Positions 9,615 through 18,425 of a DNA stretch of 64,000 nucleotides are shown in pieces. Position numbers and translations under genes: made by a program. The DNA is from a virus (lineage: Duplodnaviria; Heunggongvirae; Uroviricota; Caudoviricetes). Below the pieces are notes generated by a model. The model did no database searches. It had not been told where the DNA came from and worked only from the letters and a program-made list of their open reading frames with translations. The stretch lies in the IMG/VR virus record IMGVR_UViG_3300044680_000064, positions 9,632 to 73,631 of that record, one strand, 5' to 3'. Numbering within the stretch: the stretch's first letter is position 1; the number at the start of each line of letters is the position of its first letter.

Positions 9615-10729
9615 TTCAAGATGTTCTGTTCAGCATCACGCCACAACCCGCGCAATTGATTCGACGTCGTGGTCAAACCGTACCTCTTTCTGGCCTCGAA
9701 CAATACGGAACTGAATGGCGTTGCGTCTTTGATGCGCAACGCGAATTCCTTCTGGCTGGTCAAGGCCGCATGGTCGATCCACAACTCAAGTAGGTGAGCG
9801 TACTCTGTCTGTATCTTGGCCTTGAGCTTGTAGAACGCCTCAGAGCATTCCGTGAAGTAAACAAGCAATTCCGATTCCTCTCCCGTTAGCACAAACGGAA
9901 GAAGGTGCTTTGGATTGAATAGGTTGTCGCCTTCGCCGCGCATGCGGTGGAGAGCCAGGTAAGTGGGCGACTTGATCTTGAATCGCCGCCCCCACTTATC
10001 GCGGATGACGACGCCCTCGAACGTTGGATCGGTCTTGCTCTCCTCGGCGAGCCACTCCTGAATCTCTTCAATGCTGTTGAACTGGAATTGCTCAACTTGG
10101 TTCAAAAGCGGGCTACCGTGGTCTGGATGAAGCTCGTGAATCGGGATCTCTTCAACACCTCGGAATGTAGATAGCAGGTAAACCTTTGGCTCATCATATT
10201 TGCGGACGATTTTGTTCCACGGCGATACAAACTCGCAAACGTAAGTGCAGGCCGGATTAAGCACATTATTGATATACGCGGCAAAATACTCGAATCCCAT
10301 CGCCTCGCGGATCGCCTCTTCCCACGTCTTGTCGCATCCATTCCCGATTACGCCGTCAGCGAATGTGCCACGGGTGTTGATCCGCCACTGCCCCTTGTAG
10401 TTGTACAGCAGGACGAGCGAGCCATCGACCTTCTCGGTGCACGTGAAATAGCTGAAGTCGAATTCGGCCATCTCGGTCTGGAACTCACCCCAGTTGAAGA
10501 ATCGCGAAAAGCCCTTGGCGACCACGTTCCAAGTATCGAGCTCGAGGACCAAGCCGCGGCACTCTCGCACGATTGGATTGGTCTTCGGGCTGTCTATTTG
10601 GTCGTAGTTCAGGATGACCAGAGGCAAATCTATATGCAACAGGTTGCTGATGCCGAGCTCAGCTTCAAGATCGCCAAGCGTCTTGCCGCTGCGCAGGTAG
10701 AGCTGAACGTTCAAGAGTCTGTCGGTCAT
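9599..10729 (-). CDS. ATP-dependent RNA ligase, T4 Rnl1-like
   Basis: Motif I TEKVDGSLV. ECRGLVLELD and SRFFNWGE resemble T4 Rnl1 ECRGIMFEMD and EKFFNLNE. Confidence 0.7.
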   Translation of the reverse strand: MTDRLLNVQLYLRSGKTLGDLEAELGISNLLHIDLPLVILNYDQIDSPKTNPIVRECRGLVLELDTWNVVAKGFSRFFNWGEFQTEMAEFDFSYFTCTEKVDGSLVLLYNYKGQWRINTRGTFADGVIGNGCDKTWEEAIREAMGFEYFAAYINNVLNPACTYVCEFVSPWNKIVRKYDEPKVYLLSTFRGVEEIPIHELHPDHGSPLLNQVEQFQFNSIEEIQEWLAEESKTDPTFEGVVIRDKWGRRFKIKSPTYLALHRMRGEGDNLFNPKHLLPFVLTGEESELLVYFTECSEAFYKLKAKIQTEYAHLLELWIDHAALTSQKEFALRIKDATPFSSVLFEARKRYGLTTTSNQLRGLWRDAEQNILKWLKS

Positions 10730-11073
10730 TTCTTAGCGTCTCCTTTTGGTCCGGCTGGCTTTGGCATCCAGTGCGTCGGCTCGGGATCGGAGCTGCAATG
10801 CGAATTATTCACGAACCAGACTTTTCGACATCCTTCCGAGATCGGCGAATATCGGCCTATGCCGACTGTTAGGCCGCCATTAAACTTGCTACGATTGATA
10901 AAAACGAGCACCTCAGTCCCATCCTTTGGCGCTTCGGAAATCGGCCTCCACTCCGTCGCGGCGCGGAGAGAGTCGAGTTCGTCTGCCATGTCGCAAAGAA
11001 TACCAGAAGCCACTTTTTCGCCATCTACAAACAATCCCTGGGCACGGCTACGTGCTTCATTCGTGTCGATCAC
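10726..11073 (-). CDS. DUF551-like phage protein
   Basis: WRPISEAPKDGTEVLV motif. Confidence 0.45.
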   Translation of the reverse strand: MIDTNEARSRAQGLFVDGEKVASGILCDMADELDSLRAATEWRPISEAPKDGTEVLVFINRSKFNGGLTVGIGRYSPISEGCRKVWFVNNSHCSSDPEPTHWMPKPAGPKGDAKK

Positions 11074-11272
11074 TTCGCACCTCCGGTGAGTTTGTCAATC
11101 TCGGCCAAAAGGAACCGCCCATCATCCGCGTCAAGGCTACCAAATCTGTGTAAGTGCGTCCCGTCGAGCATTGGGCTTTCGAGTCGTTCGGCGAGGACTT
11201 GACGTATCCGCTCCAGTCGAGATGGGTCGCTGGGCGAATGGCTACGTGAAATTTCGTTTTTTTCGCCCACGT

Positions 11273-11644
11273 TCATTTCTCCTTCAGTTGGCGGACGATA
11301 TTTACTGCTTGTCTGAACGTCAAAGCCTTATGACTCCACCACTTCGCAGCTAGTTCATTTTCGGACACTGACGATGCGTACTCAGCGGCGCGTTTTTCCA
11401 GTGCCTTCGCCGCCTCCTCCAGAACGTCGGCGCGGGCGGCAGTGATTTCCGACAAAACAAATGTGGTTAGGCCAAGCATCGCTCTTTGAATGCCAACCAC
11501 CTCAACCAACTTTCGAAAGTTCTTCCCTTCGCTATCATGCTTGGCTTCATTGACCGCTTTCATGAAGCTGGAAATGGCATCGCCAACTCGTTTTTCCGCA
11601 GTTGTTTCAGGCGTCGGCATTGTGTTGCTCCTTTGTGGCCGCAC
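11273..11644 (-). CDS. hypothetical protein (123 aa)
   Basis: ORF in the minus-strand operon. Confidence 0.4.
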   Translation of the reverse strand: MRPQRSNTMPTPETTAEKRVGDAISSFMKAVNEAKHDSEGKNFRKLVEVVGIQRAMLGLTTFVLSEITAARADVLEEAAKALEKRAAEYASSVSENELAAKWWSHKALTFRQAVNIVRQLKEK

Positions 11645-11964
11645 TCATGCGGGAGAGCAGGCAGTCGGGCGAGTGTTTTGGGGATTCGTCGCGCCACCAT
11701 CTGGACCGGCACAGACAACACTCGCTGCCGATGACTTCGTGTTGATTCGGCCTGGTTTGCATCCAAATATCCTTGATCGCAACCAAGTCGAGAGCTTCCG
11801 CAATCTCCGCATCCAAGCTGACCAGTAAATCGGCGCGGTTGTGACAACTACATTTGCAAAAGTCCGGGAGCATCGCTCCGGGCCAGTGGTTGATTCGCTC
11901 GCTGGGGCGGTGGTGGCAGGAGGGGCAGGTCACGGTGTCTCCGATGCTGGTTTGATGGTGGCGA

Positions 11965-12204
11965 CTACACGCCAGCCCCGCCATCAAGTGTCATTGTCGA
12001 TGATCGAATTATTTCGCCGATCTCTTCGAGATTCTCAAAGAACTTGAAAGAATCGCCGTCGCGAGGATCAGGCTTGTATCCTTCCGGCCACAAGCAAAAA
12101 GAGCCATCGTAAACACCGCCCTGAAGACCTACCTTTTTGCAGTTCTTCAATGCCATCTCTAAGCGGATCGCGGCGCTGCGCTGATTTTGTTTTGGAAGTG
12201 GCAC
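11965..12204 (-). CDS. hypothetical protein (79 aa)
   Basis: ORF immediately downstream of small zinc-ribbon gene A. Confidence 0.3.
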   Translation of the reverse strand: MPLPKQNQRSAAIRLEMALKNCKKVGLQGGVYDGSFCLWPEGYKPDPRDGDSFKFFENLEEIGEIIRSSTMTLDGGAGV

Positions 12205-12207
12205 ACT

Positions 12208-12372
12208 TCACCTACTTTCCGTTTCTGGCTTGTGTTTCCCGCATCCTTCTGACCGGTAAAACTCGCCGTCATCGTACCGTGTCGATCCACACTCGAATTC
12301 GTAGGTGCCAAGCTCCTCGGTCGGCAAATGCTCCTGGAAGGTGCAGGGCGAGGCACAGTGGGGGCAGGTCAT
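12208..12372 (-). CDS. small zinc-ribbon protein, paralog A (54 aa)
   Basis: MTCPHCASPC...FECGS. Lies inside repeat copy 1. Its ATG overlaps the upstream stop (ATGA). Confidence 0.4.
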   Translation of the reverse strand: MTCPHCASPCTFQEHLPTEELGTYEFECGSTRYDDGEFYRSEGCGKHKPETESR

Positions 12373-12374
12373 TT
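12232..12374. repeat. direct repeat copy 1 (~140 bp)
   Basis: About 90% identical to 12771-12912. Confidence 0.8.
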
Positions 12375-12749
12375 AATTGGCTTTCTGAGGTAGGGATACA
12401 TATCCATTGCGGCTATGAACTTTTCCGTAATAGAAGCGTCCATTTCTCTCAGCAACTCGGCCAGTCTTACATCTTGCTGGGCCGATTTGACTGCCCTCTT
12501 TTTCTTCGGATTCAAACTCAGCAATTCGTTCCTTGCCGACTGCATGACATTTAGAACATAAACAAATTTATCAACGCCTTCCTGACTCATGGCGTCTCCT
12601 TTTCTGGCCTGTGTACGCATTCGATAGCGGCGGGTTTTTCTGCCTTCATACCAGCCGCACTCCTCGCAGTTCCACGGCCCATATTGAACACCTACGCCAA
12701 TATCAACTTCATCGCGCCAGCACTGGCCGTTGCATTGCGGGCAATTCAT
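12369..12749 (-). CDS. zinc-ribbon protein (MNCPQCNGQC...)
   Basis: Internal ATG of ORF 12369-12893. The N-terminal extension shown in the ORF track falls in the repeat and is probably not coding. Confidence 0.35.
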   Translation of the reverse strand: MNCPQCNGQCWRDEVDIGVGVQYGPWNCEECGWYEGRKTRRYRMRTQARKGDAMSQEGVDKFVYVLNVMQSARNELLSLNPKKKRAVKSAQQDVRLAELLREMDASITEKFIAAMDMYPYLRKPIK

Positions 12750-12909
12750 CGTCACTTCCTCCGTCCTTTCGTTTCCCACATTCATCCGACTGGTAAAACC
12801 CGCCGTCATCGTACCGTGCCGATCCGCACTCGAATTCGTAGGTGCCCATCTCCTCGGTCGGCAAATGCTCCTGAAAGGTGCAGGGCGAGGCACAGTGGGG
12901 GCAGGTCAT
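12709..12909 (-). CDS. small zinc-ribbon protein, paralog B
   Basis: MTCPHCASPCTFQEHLPTEEMGTYEFECGS, inside repeat copy 2. Confidence 0.4.
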   Translation of the reverse strand: MTCPHCASPCTFQEHLPTEEMGTYEFECGSARYDDGGFYQSDECGKRKDGGSDDELPAMQRPVLAR

Positions 12910-12912
12910 TTC
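12771..12912. repeat. direct repeat copy 2 (~140 bp)
   Basis: Matches 12232-12374. Confidence 0.8.
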
Positions 12913-13072
12913 CACACCCTTCCGCAGAAGTATCCGAAATTAAAACTAGTCAAGTTGTAACTCCGGCTCATTCTGTCAGCTTGGACGCGAATGGTCGCGA
13001 TCTTCTCCTTGCATCGCCGGCATTTCTGCTTGTCGAAGTGCGACGGATATTCAGACTTTCGATGGTTTGTGC

Positions 13073-13465
13073 TCATCCCTTCGTCTCCGTGGATGCGAGA
13101 GCAGCGCGAGCGCTGCGACACATCGGACATGCGACAAGCTGAGGGGTTTGATGATATTCCGTTACTTTGCCAGTCCCGCCGCATTCACGGCATCCGCCGA
13201 TCATTACTGAGAGTGCCGCCCGCAGCTTCTCATTCTCGTCGGTGAGGCGCTTGTGGTTGTTGACAGAATCCCTGATGATCTTGGCATTGTCAGGCGGCAT
13301 GCTTTGCAAGCCAATCTCCCGATCTGCCATATGAGCAATCAAAACACCGTTCTTGTCGCGAACGTCTATTCCGTCCACGAAAACGTCAAGCTGCCACGGT
13401 ATCGGCGCGTGTTTCACTTCTTCCGTCATCGCTTCCTCGCTTTCAGGGGTTCGATATGCCGTCAT
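13073..13465 (-). CDS. hypothetical protein with C-terminal CxxC pairs
   Basis: Internal ATG (MTAYRT) of ORF 13073-13621. Confidence 0.4.
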   Translation of the reverse strand: MTAYRTPESEEAMTEEVKHAPIPWQLDVFVDGIDVRDKNGVLIAHMADREIGLQSMPPDNAKIIRDSVNNHKRLTDENEKLRAALSVMIGGCRECGGTGKVTEYHQTPQLVACPMCRSARAALASTETKG

Positions 13466-13511
13466 TCTACTACCGCGGCTTGACGCCGTAACAGAAATTG
13501 GGTAAAGTTTT

Positions 13512-13751
13512 GTGATGAAAGAGTGTACACTTATCGAAGTCCACACGCCTGGCGCTGAGGTCAGGATTGGCGATCTGGTCGCCGTAGTCTGCGGCATCTC
13601 GATCAAAGGGCCGGCCGACAATCCGCACGTCGCTTACGAAATCGCATGGTGGGATGGCTCGACTCGGCATTCGCAGTGGGTTCAGGAATTCGAGATCGCG
13701 GCAAGTGCAAACGGTCGTAGAATGGCGATTGGATTCATGAAACAGGAGTGA
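13512..13751 (+). CDS. hypothetical protein (79 aa)
   Basis: Sigma-70-like promoter upstream: TTGACG, 17-nt spacer, TAAAGT. Confidence 0.4.
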   Translation: MMKECTLIEVHTPGAEVRIGDLVAVVCGISIKGPADNPHVAYEIAWWDGSTRHSQWVQEFEIAASANGRRMAIGFMKQE

Positions 13752-14035
13752 TTGTGGACGCATCAGAACTGCCGACTGACACCATTACGCACATTGCCGG
13801 GCCACGCATGGACATGGCAGGCAGAATTATCCAACGATGCGTTGTGTGCGGACAAAAACTAGCGGACAGCCAAAACCGTATGGAACTGGCGAATCCTGAT
13901 GGCAACGTGTCGACGTTCCCGACATGGGAGCCTGGCGCTCTTGTTCAAATCGAGTCTGGCAATCCGACCAGATATTCGGTGATCGAGGACGACGGCGGCA
14001 AGATCGGACCTGATTACTGCATAAATTGGGAGTGA
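13748..14035 (+). CDS. hypothetical protein (95 aa)
   Basis: Start overlaps the upstream stop. Confidence 0.35.
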   Translation: MIVDASELPTDTITHIAGPRMDMAGRIIQRCVVCGQKLADSQNRMELANPDGNVSTFPTWEPGALVQIESGNPTRYSVIEDDGGKIGPDYCINWE

Positions 14036-14274
14036 CCATGACCGAGCAAGCAGCTGGGAAGAAAGTTGAAATACCGGATTACATGGTTGACGGTCAGCCA
14101 TTCCACGCATCGCACGTGATCGCATTGGCGCAGCGCCACATGCGCGAAGAGAACTGGTGGCCCGCACCAGGCGATTCGATCCCGCAGTATTTGCGGAAGC
14201 GAGGCCATGTCGTGATCCGTGGCCATGAGCATGCGGCGGCGCTTGCCGGCGAAGAGCCGCGGGAGATCATTTGA
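14026..14274 (+). CDS. hypothetical protein (82 aa)
   Basis: ORF. Confidence 0.35.
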   Translation: MGVTMTEQAAGKKVEIPDYMVDGQPFHASHVIALAQRHMREENWWPAPGDSIPQYLRKRGHVVIRGHEHAAALAGEEPREII

Positions 14275-14510
14275 TACCCGAAGTCTGCCAAAACTGTCAC
14301 TCTTCCAAGCTCTTCAGTACCGTGGACCTGGCGTTTCAGGAAGAATACGGTCTCGAGTCTGATCGTTGGCTGTGCGTCGCCTGCGGCGCCAAGGGAGAGT
14401 CGATCGCCATGAACTTCGCTGCTCGTCACAAACCGCCAGTCAATCCAGCAGCGGTTGCGCTGGCGATCATAATCGCCTTGCTGCTGGCGTGTATCTTGTC
14501 ATCGAATTGA
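14271..14510 (+). CDS. small membrane protein (79 aa)
   Basis: C-terminal hydrophobic helix. Confidence 0.35.
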   Translation: MIPEVCQNCHSSKLFSTVDLAFQEEYGLESDRWLCVACGAKGESIAMNFAARHKPPVNPAAVALAIIIALLLACILSSN

Positions 14511-14561
14511 AAGATTTCCTGTAACAAATTCCTTTCAACTTTGATATCTAGGAGTCGCCGC

Positions 14562-14885
14562 ATGTCCGGTACGTTTGGGGCTTTACGTATAGAGACGTTG
14601 GAGTGTCTGTTCGACACGCTCATCATCAAGCGCGATGCCGCGCCCGACGAGACGCCTGGCGGCGTTCTGCTTCCCGACGACGCGAAGGAAAAGCCGAAGA
14701 CCGGCACCGTCGTTCGCTGTGGGCCTGGGCTGATTCACGAGAAGACCGGGGAGCGCATTCCGATGGGCGTTTCGGTCGGTGATCGAATCTGCTTCAAGCC
14801 ATTCATTGGCCAGACGTTTCAGGACGCGGATGGCAAGTCGTTCGAGATTTCGAAGATCGAGCAGGTGTTGGCAAGAATCGAGTGA
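14562..14885 (+). CDS. groES: co-chaperonin GroES (Cpn10) homolog
   Basis: GroES pattern L..L.DTLIIKR...ETPGGVLLPD.AKEKPKTGTVV..GPG...GDRICF. AGGAG RBS 8 nt upstream of ATG 14562. Confidence 0.7.
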   Translation: MSGTFGALRIETLECLFDTLIIKRDAAPDETPGGVLLPDDAKEKPKTGTVVRCGPGLIHEKTGERIPMGVSVGDRICFKPFIGQTFQDADGKSFEISKIEQVLARIE

Positions 14886-14944
14886 CGCATGGGCTTACGC
14901 AAATCAGCAGATGGCATCCTTGACGATTTGGAAGGGAAAGAGTA

Positions 14945-15172
14945 ATGATTGTCAACGCCTATATCCAGTCCGGCCGCATGGTCGCATCGGCATACACAAA
15001 GCCAGCCATGCGCGAAAAACGCGCCGTTCTCTTATGGCATGACACACGAGATTGTGGCGGCGTCTATGATTTGCTGCAAAGCTGGATGCGTGCAGTCTGC
15101 TTGGAGCAAGGGCCGACCGCGTGCGTCTCATTTCGGATTGAACCACCTCCGCTGATATCAGACAATGGTTGA
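14945..15172 (+). CDS. hypothetical protein (75 aa)
   Basis: ORF. Confidence 0.3.
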   Translation: MIVNAYIQSGRMVASAYTKPAMREKRAVLLWHDTRDCGGVYDLLQSWMRAVCLEQGPTACVSFRIEPPPLISDNG

Positions 15173-15179
15173 GTGCGCG

Positions 15180-15189
15180 GTAGTAGAAT
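15180..15189 (+). promoter_or_regulatory. GTAGTAGAAT variant of the promoter motif
   Basis: 24 nt upstream of ATG 15213. Confidence 0.35.
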
Positions 15190-15212
15190 GACGGAAACGC
15201 AAGGAACAAGAT

Positions 15213-15638
15213 ATGCTTCTCATCAAAGATTTCCCGGTTTTTCGTGCAAACTTCGGCGTGTCGCTTGCTGGCTTTGATCTCAAGGAAATCGTTGGGCGAT
15301 TCCCAGAGCAGGCTCCGGGCTCGGTGCCGGTTGTCACAAAGTGCCATGCGACAATCGGCTTTGTGGATTCGCTGCGATACGCTGATGACGGCTCTGTGCT
15401 GGCCCATTTGCAGATTGAGAATTGCGGCGAGCTATTGGCGACAGTTTTGGCAGGTTGCGCCGATTTCAGCGGCTTTGTTCCAAATCCTGAAGTCAAGATT
15501 CTGCCGAAGGCGCACTTGAGCAAGCTGCAAATCTTGGAAGCTCCAAAACCGATTGGTGGGATGAAAAGCGGGAAGCCGCATCCTCCGAGCCCTAGCGACG
15601 ATTTTACCATGCCAGCGAGAAGTTCTGCAAGCAGTTAA
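15213..15638 (+). CDS. hypothetical protein (141 aa)
   Basis: ORF. Confidence 0.4.
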   Translation: MLLIKDFPVFRANFGVSLAGFDLKEIVGRFPEQAPGSVPVVTKCHATIGFVDSLRYADDGSVLAHLQIENCGELLATVLAGCADFSGFVPNPEVKILPKAHLSKLQILEAPKPIGGMKSGKPHPPSPSDDFTMPARSSASS

Positions 15639-15668
15639 GAGCCGCTATCTGCAAACGGAGATTGCGTA

Positions 15669-15968
15669 ATGCTGAAGGACCGAGGCGACAAAGAAGACCA
15701 CGACAAGGGCGGTCCATACTCCGCCGCTCACGAACTCATTGAGGTCGAGTCGCGGACGGCCGAGACTCGCGACCTCAAGCCAAACGATACCATCCTGCGC
15801 AAGTACGGCTTCGCCATTTACAGCAGGCCCAAGGGCAAGGAACCGACGTGGATCAAGAATGGCAAGCTGTACGATGAGGGCTGCGCTCTTGAAATCTGCG
15901 AACAAATCATGGCCAAGAACCCGGTGAACAAGAGCGACGTCCAGAAGAAAGCCAAAGACGAAGGCTGA
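15669..15968 (+). CDS. hypothetical protein (99 aa)
   Basis: ORF. Confidence 0.4.
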   Translation: MLKDRGDKEDHDKGGPYSAAHELIEVESRTAETRDLKPNDTILRKYGFAIYSRPKGKEPTWIKNGKLYDEGCALEICEQIMAKNPVNKSDVQKKAKDEG

Positions 15969-15991
15969 ATCTCACCTCTTTACAACTCCCC

Positions 15992-16001
15992 GTCGTAGAA
16001 T
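15992..16001 (+). promoter_or_regulatory. GTCGTAGAAT promoter-like motif
   Basis: About 30 nt upstream of ATG 16030, which has a GAGGGGG RBS. Confidence 0.45.
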
Positions 16002-16029
16002 ATTCGCATCACCACCATGAGGGGGTTTC

Positions 16030-16269
16030 ATGGCCAAGTGCGACGGTAAATGCCGATACTCCAAGAGACTGGCCAAGATGATGGCCAGTCGGCAGTCCAA
16101 GATCGCTGGTTGGCGCATCGACTGGTATCGGTGCCCGAATCGCGATCCGGACGGGAGCATTCATTATCACATTGGTTCGCACGATGTCAAACACCCAGTG
16201 TGGGTCGCGTTTGTGATTGCGTTTCGTGAGATTTTATCCGAACCAGAAGAATTGGGGGCCGCGGCATGA
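16030..16269 (+). CDS. hypothetical protein (79 aa)
   Basis: ORF with RBS. Confidence 0.4.
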   Translation: MAKCDGKCRYSKRLAKMMASRQSKIAGWRIDWYRCPNRDPDGSIHYHIGSHDVKHPVWVAFVIAFREILSEPEELGAAA

Positions 16270-16457
16270 TCGGTTGCATGAAGAAACTGAAGATAGTCAT
16301 GGAGCCTGAAAAAGGCAGTTCGATCGTTGATTGTGCGAAAGAGGCCCTTCGTCCGTGCATCGAGCACGACTCGCCGATTGAATTCATGTTTAACGGCACA
16401 CCGTATCGAGTCGATCCGAAGGATTTTCGTGCCTGCATAAAGGAGATTGGCAAGTGA
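16266..16457 (+). CDS. hypothetical protein (63 aa)
   Basis: ORF. Confidence 0.3.
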   Translation: MIGCMKKLKIVMEPEKGSSIVDCAKEALRPCIEHDSPIEFMFNGTPYRVDPKDFRACIKEIGK

Positions 16458-17017
16458 ACATCATTCGCTCGGCTCGCAAGAACCCGCTTCGCAATTACAT
16501 CGTCCCAGGGCTGACGAGCTGGCTTGTCAAGGATCGCGAGAACGACAACGACGTCTGCATTCGCATGTTCGAGATGGAGCGTGAGTTTGTGTGGCAAGTA
16601 ACGCCGCACTCCCATCGGTTCGACTTCGAATGCGTGGTGCTGGAAGGGCAGGTTCTAAACACGATCTACGTCGATCCGGAAGTAGAGATGGCCAAGCATA
16701 GGTTTTACGGAACCGAGCCAGATTTATATCGGCAGACCGACCTCGTTTACCTTGGCAAGCCAGGCCAGTATCGCCTTGGCGCGCAAATCCAAGTGTCGAT
16801 GTGCATCCGCACGTCTCTCTACGAACAGGGACAGACGTATCGTATGGATGCTGACCAGATTCACTCGATTCGCTTTTCCAAGGGGACGCAGGTCTTGTTC
16901 TTCGAAGGACCGATCAAGACGAACAAGAGCGTGTACTTGGAACCGATCGTGAACGGCCAGACCATCGAAACGATGAAGGTCGAGCCGTGGATGTTCCTGA
17001 AGGAAGGTGAGCGATGA
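16454..17017 (+). CDS. cupin-like protein
   Basis: HSHRFDFECVVLEG fits cupin motif 1 (HxH...E...G). Confidence 0.4.
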   Translation: MNIIRSARKNPLRNYIVPGLTSWLVKDRENDNDVCIRMFEMEREFVWQVTPHSHRFDFECVVLEGQVLNTIYVDPEVEMAKHRFYGTEPDLYRQTDLVYLGKPGQYRLGAQIQVSMCIRTSLYEQGQTYRMDADQIHSIRFSKGTQVLFFEGPIKTNKSVYLEPIVNGQTIETMKVEPWMFLKEGER

Positions 17018-17388
17018 GCGACGAAGCAGCCAAAGAAATCGTTGAAATTCCGCTCGATAAGGGGCTCGGTCTTCTGGCGCCAGGAGTCAAGCAGCTGTTC
17101 GGCATTGACCCGAGCAGTTTTGTTGCGCGGTACGAGCGCCAAGCCGATGGCGAGTTGGAGTATCTCGGCATCTTCCAGAATCCGGGCGGCAGCCAGCGTT
17201 GCGACGCGATGACGCCGGAGCAGTTCGAGGCCGCGATGCGGCAGCTTTGCTTTGGAGCAACATCAAGTAAAGCAATAGACAGACCAGCGGCCGACGCCTT
17301 AATGTGCCAGTGCTTAAGAGAGATTGGTTATGGTGCTGGCGTGGAGATATTCGAGAAAGCTCATAAATCTCACCGTGTTGGAGAATGA
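17014..17388 (+). CDS. hypothetical protein (124 aa)
   Basis: ORF. Confidence 0.4.
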   Translation: MSDEAAKEIVEIPLDKGLGLLAPGVKQLFGIDPSSFVARYERQADGELEYLGIFQNPGGSQRCDAMTPEQFEAAMRQLCFGATSSKAIDRPAADALMCQCLREIGYGAGVEIFEKAHKSHRVGE

Positions 17389-17390
17389 CA

Positions 17391-17558
17391 ATGGCTGTCG
17401 AACTGAAATCGCTGAAAGAAGTGGAAGCCGAATTGGCCGCTGATGGCAAGCCGTGGGCGGCGATGCAGGTAAGCATGGCCCGGCAGGAACTGGAATCGCT
17501 TCGTGTCAAGGTTGAAGACCTGGGCAGAAAGCTCGGCATTCGAAGGGGTGACGCATGA
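17391..17558 (+). CDS. small coiled-coil protein (55 aa)
   Basis: ATG to TGA. Below the ORF-track length cutoff. Confidence 0.25.
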   Translation: MAVELKSLKEVEAELAADGKPWAAMQVSMARQELESLRVKVEDLGRKLGIRRGDA

Positions 17559-17627
17559 GCAGGCGAGCTAAACTGTGGATGTATCTGATCTAATTCTGAA
17601 GCGGCCATATCACTACGATCCAGACTG

Positions 17628-18425
17628 ATGATTACACACGAATCATTTCTGCGCACGATCATCGACGAGCCTGATAACGACGGCCCGCGCATGGTCTACT
17701 CCGACTGGCTCGAAGAACAGGGCGATCCGCGTGGCGAGTTCATTCGCATCCAGTGCGAGATCGCACGCACGTTCCCCGGCGTCGCCGCAAATCCGGACTT
17801 TGACGAAAAACAGCTTGTTCAATTCGAGCGTGATGCGCCAGCCGCCGTCAAGCCAATTCCGGGGTGGCAGCGAACGATCGAGATGCGTAAGCGCGAGCAC
17901 GAATTGCTGGCGCTGGTTCCAGAAGAGATTGGCGGCAAGCCAAACAAGAGACAGCTATCCGATCTATGGATTCCACCTTCAATCAAAGACTGCATGACTT
18001 CGCCGGCCGTGACAATGGACGGCATCGAAGTGAATCCAAGTGAAGTCAAGTTCCACCGCGGCTTCATTCGTGACATCGCCTGCTCGTGGGAGTCGTGGCT
18101 GTCACGATACAAGGACATCCTCGCGAGCACGCCGCTGAGGCGGGTGAAGTTCACGACCGAATTGCCGAACCCTTCTTTGTGGACCGACGATAGGTTTGAG
18201 ACTTTCATTGGTTTCCGTGACAGCAACAACAATGGGATTTTTTGTGTCAACGCCAAGGATATGACAGCAGACGCGATGAAAATTCTGCGAGCGCGTCTTG
18301 CGCCGGAGTGGCACTCATTCTGCACGCGACAGATACTCAAGAAGAATTGGCCTGGAATCAAGTTCGAGCTTTATGAGCCACGGCTCCTGCCATTAATATG
18401 CAGATTCAGGATGGCGAGTATCTGA
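17628..18425 (+). CDS. protein with N-terminal TIGR02996-like repeat-companion domain
   Basis: ESFLRTIIDEPDNDGPRMVYSDWLEEQGDPRGEFIRIQ resembles a Gemmata-type domain. The call is from memory. Confidence 0.45.
   Translation: MITHESFLRTIIDEPDNDGPRMVYSDWLEEQGDPRGEFIRIQCEIARTFPGVAANPDFDEKQLVQFERDAPAAVKPIPGWQRTIEMRKREHELLALVPEEIGGKPNKRQLSDLWIPPSIKDCMTSPAVTMDGIEVNPSEVKFHRGFIRDIACSWESWLSRYKDILASTPLRRVKFTTELPNPSLWTDDRFETFIGFRDSNNNGIFCVNAKDMTADAMKILRARLAPEWHSFCTRQILKKNWPGIKFELYEPRLLPLICRFRMASI

Noticed and set aside
12159-12356. MPRPAP... ORFs (12159-12356 and the N-terminus of 12369-12893) that are conserved between the two repeat copies
   Set aside because: The conservation only reflects the DNA repeat. 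An alternative frame yields proper CxxC zinc-ribbon proteins with ATGA-coupled starts.
12232-12912. Possible CRISPR array, suggested by the repeated ~140-bp element
   Set aside because: There are only two copies. They are far longer than CRISPR repeats, are separated by 540 bp of unique coding sequence, and themselves encode paralogous small proteins. This is a gene duplication.
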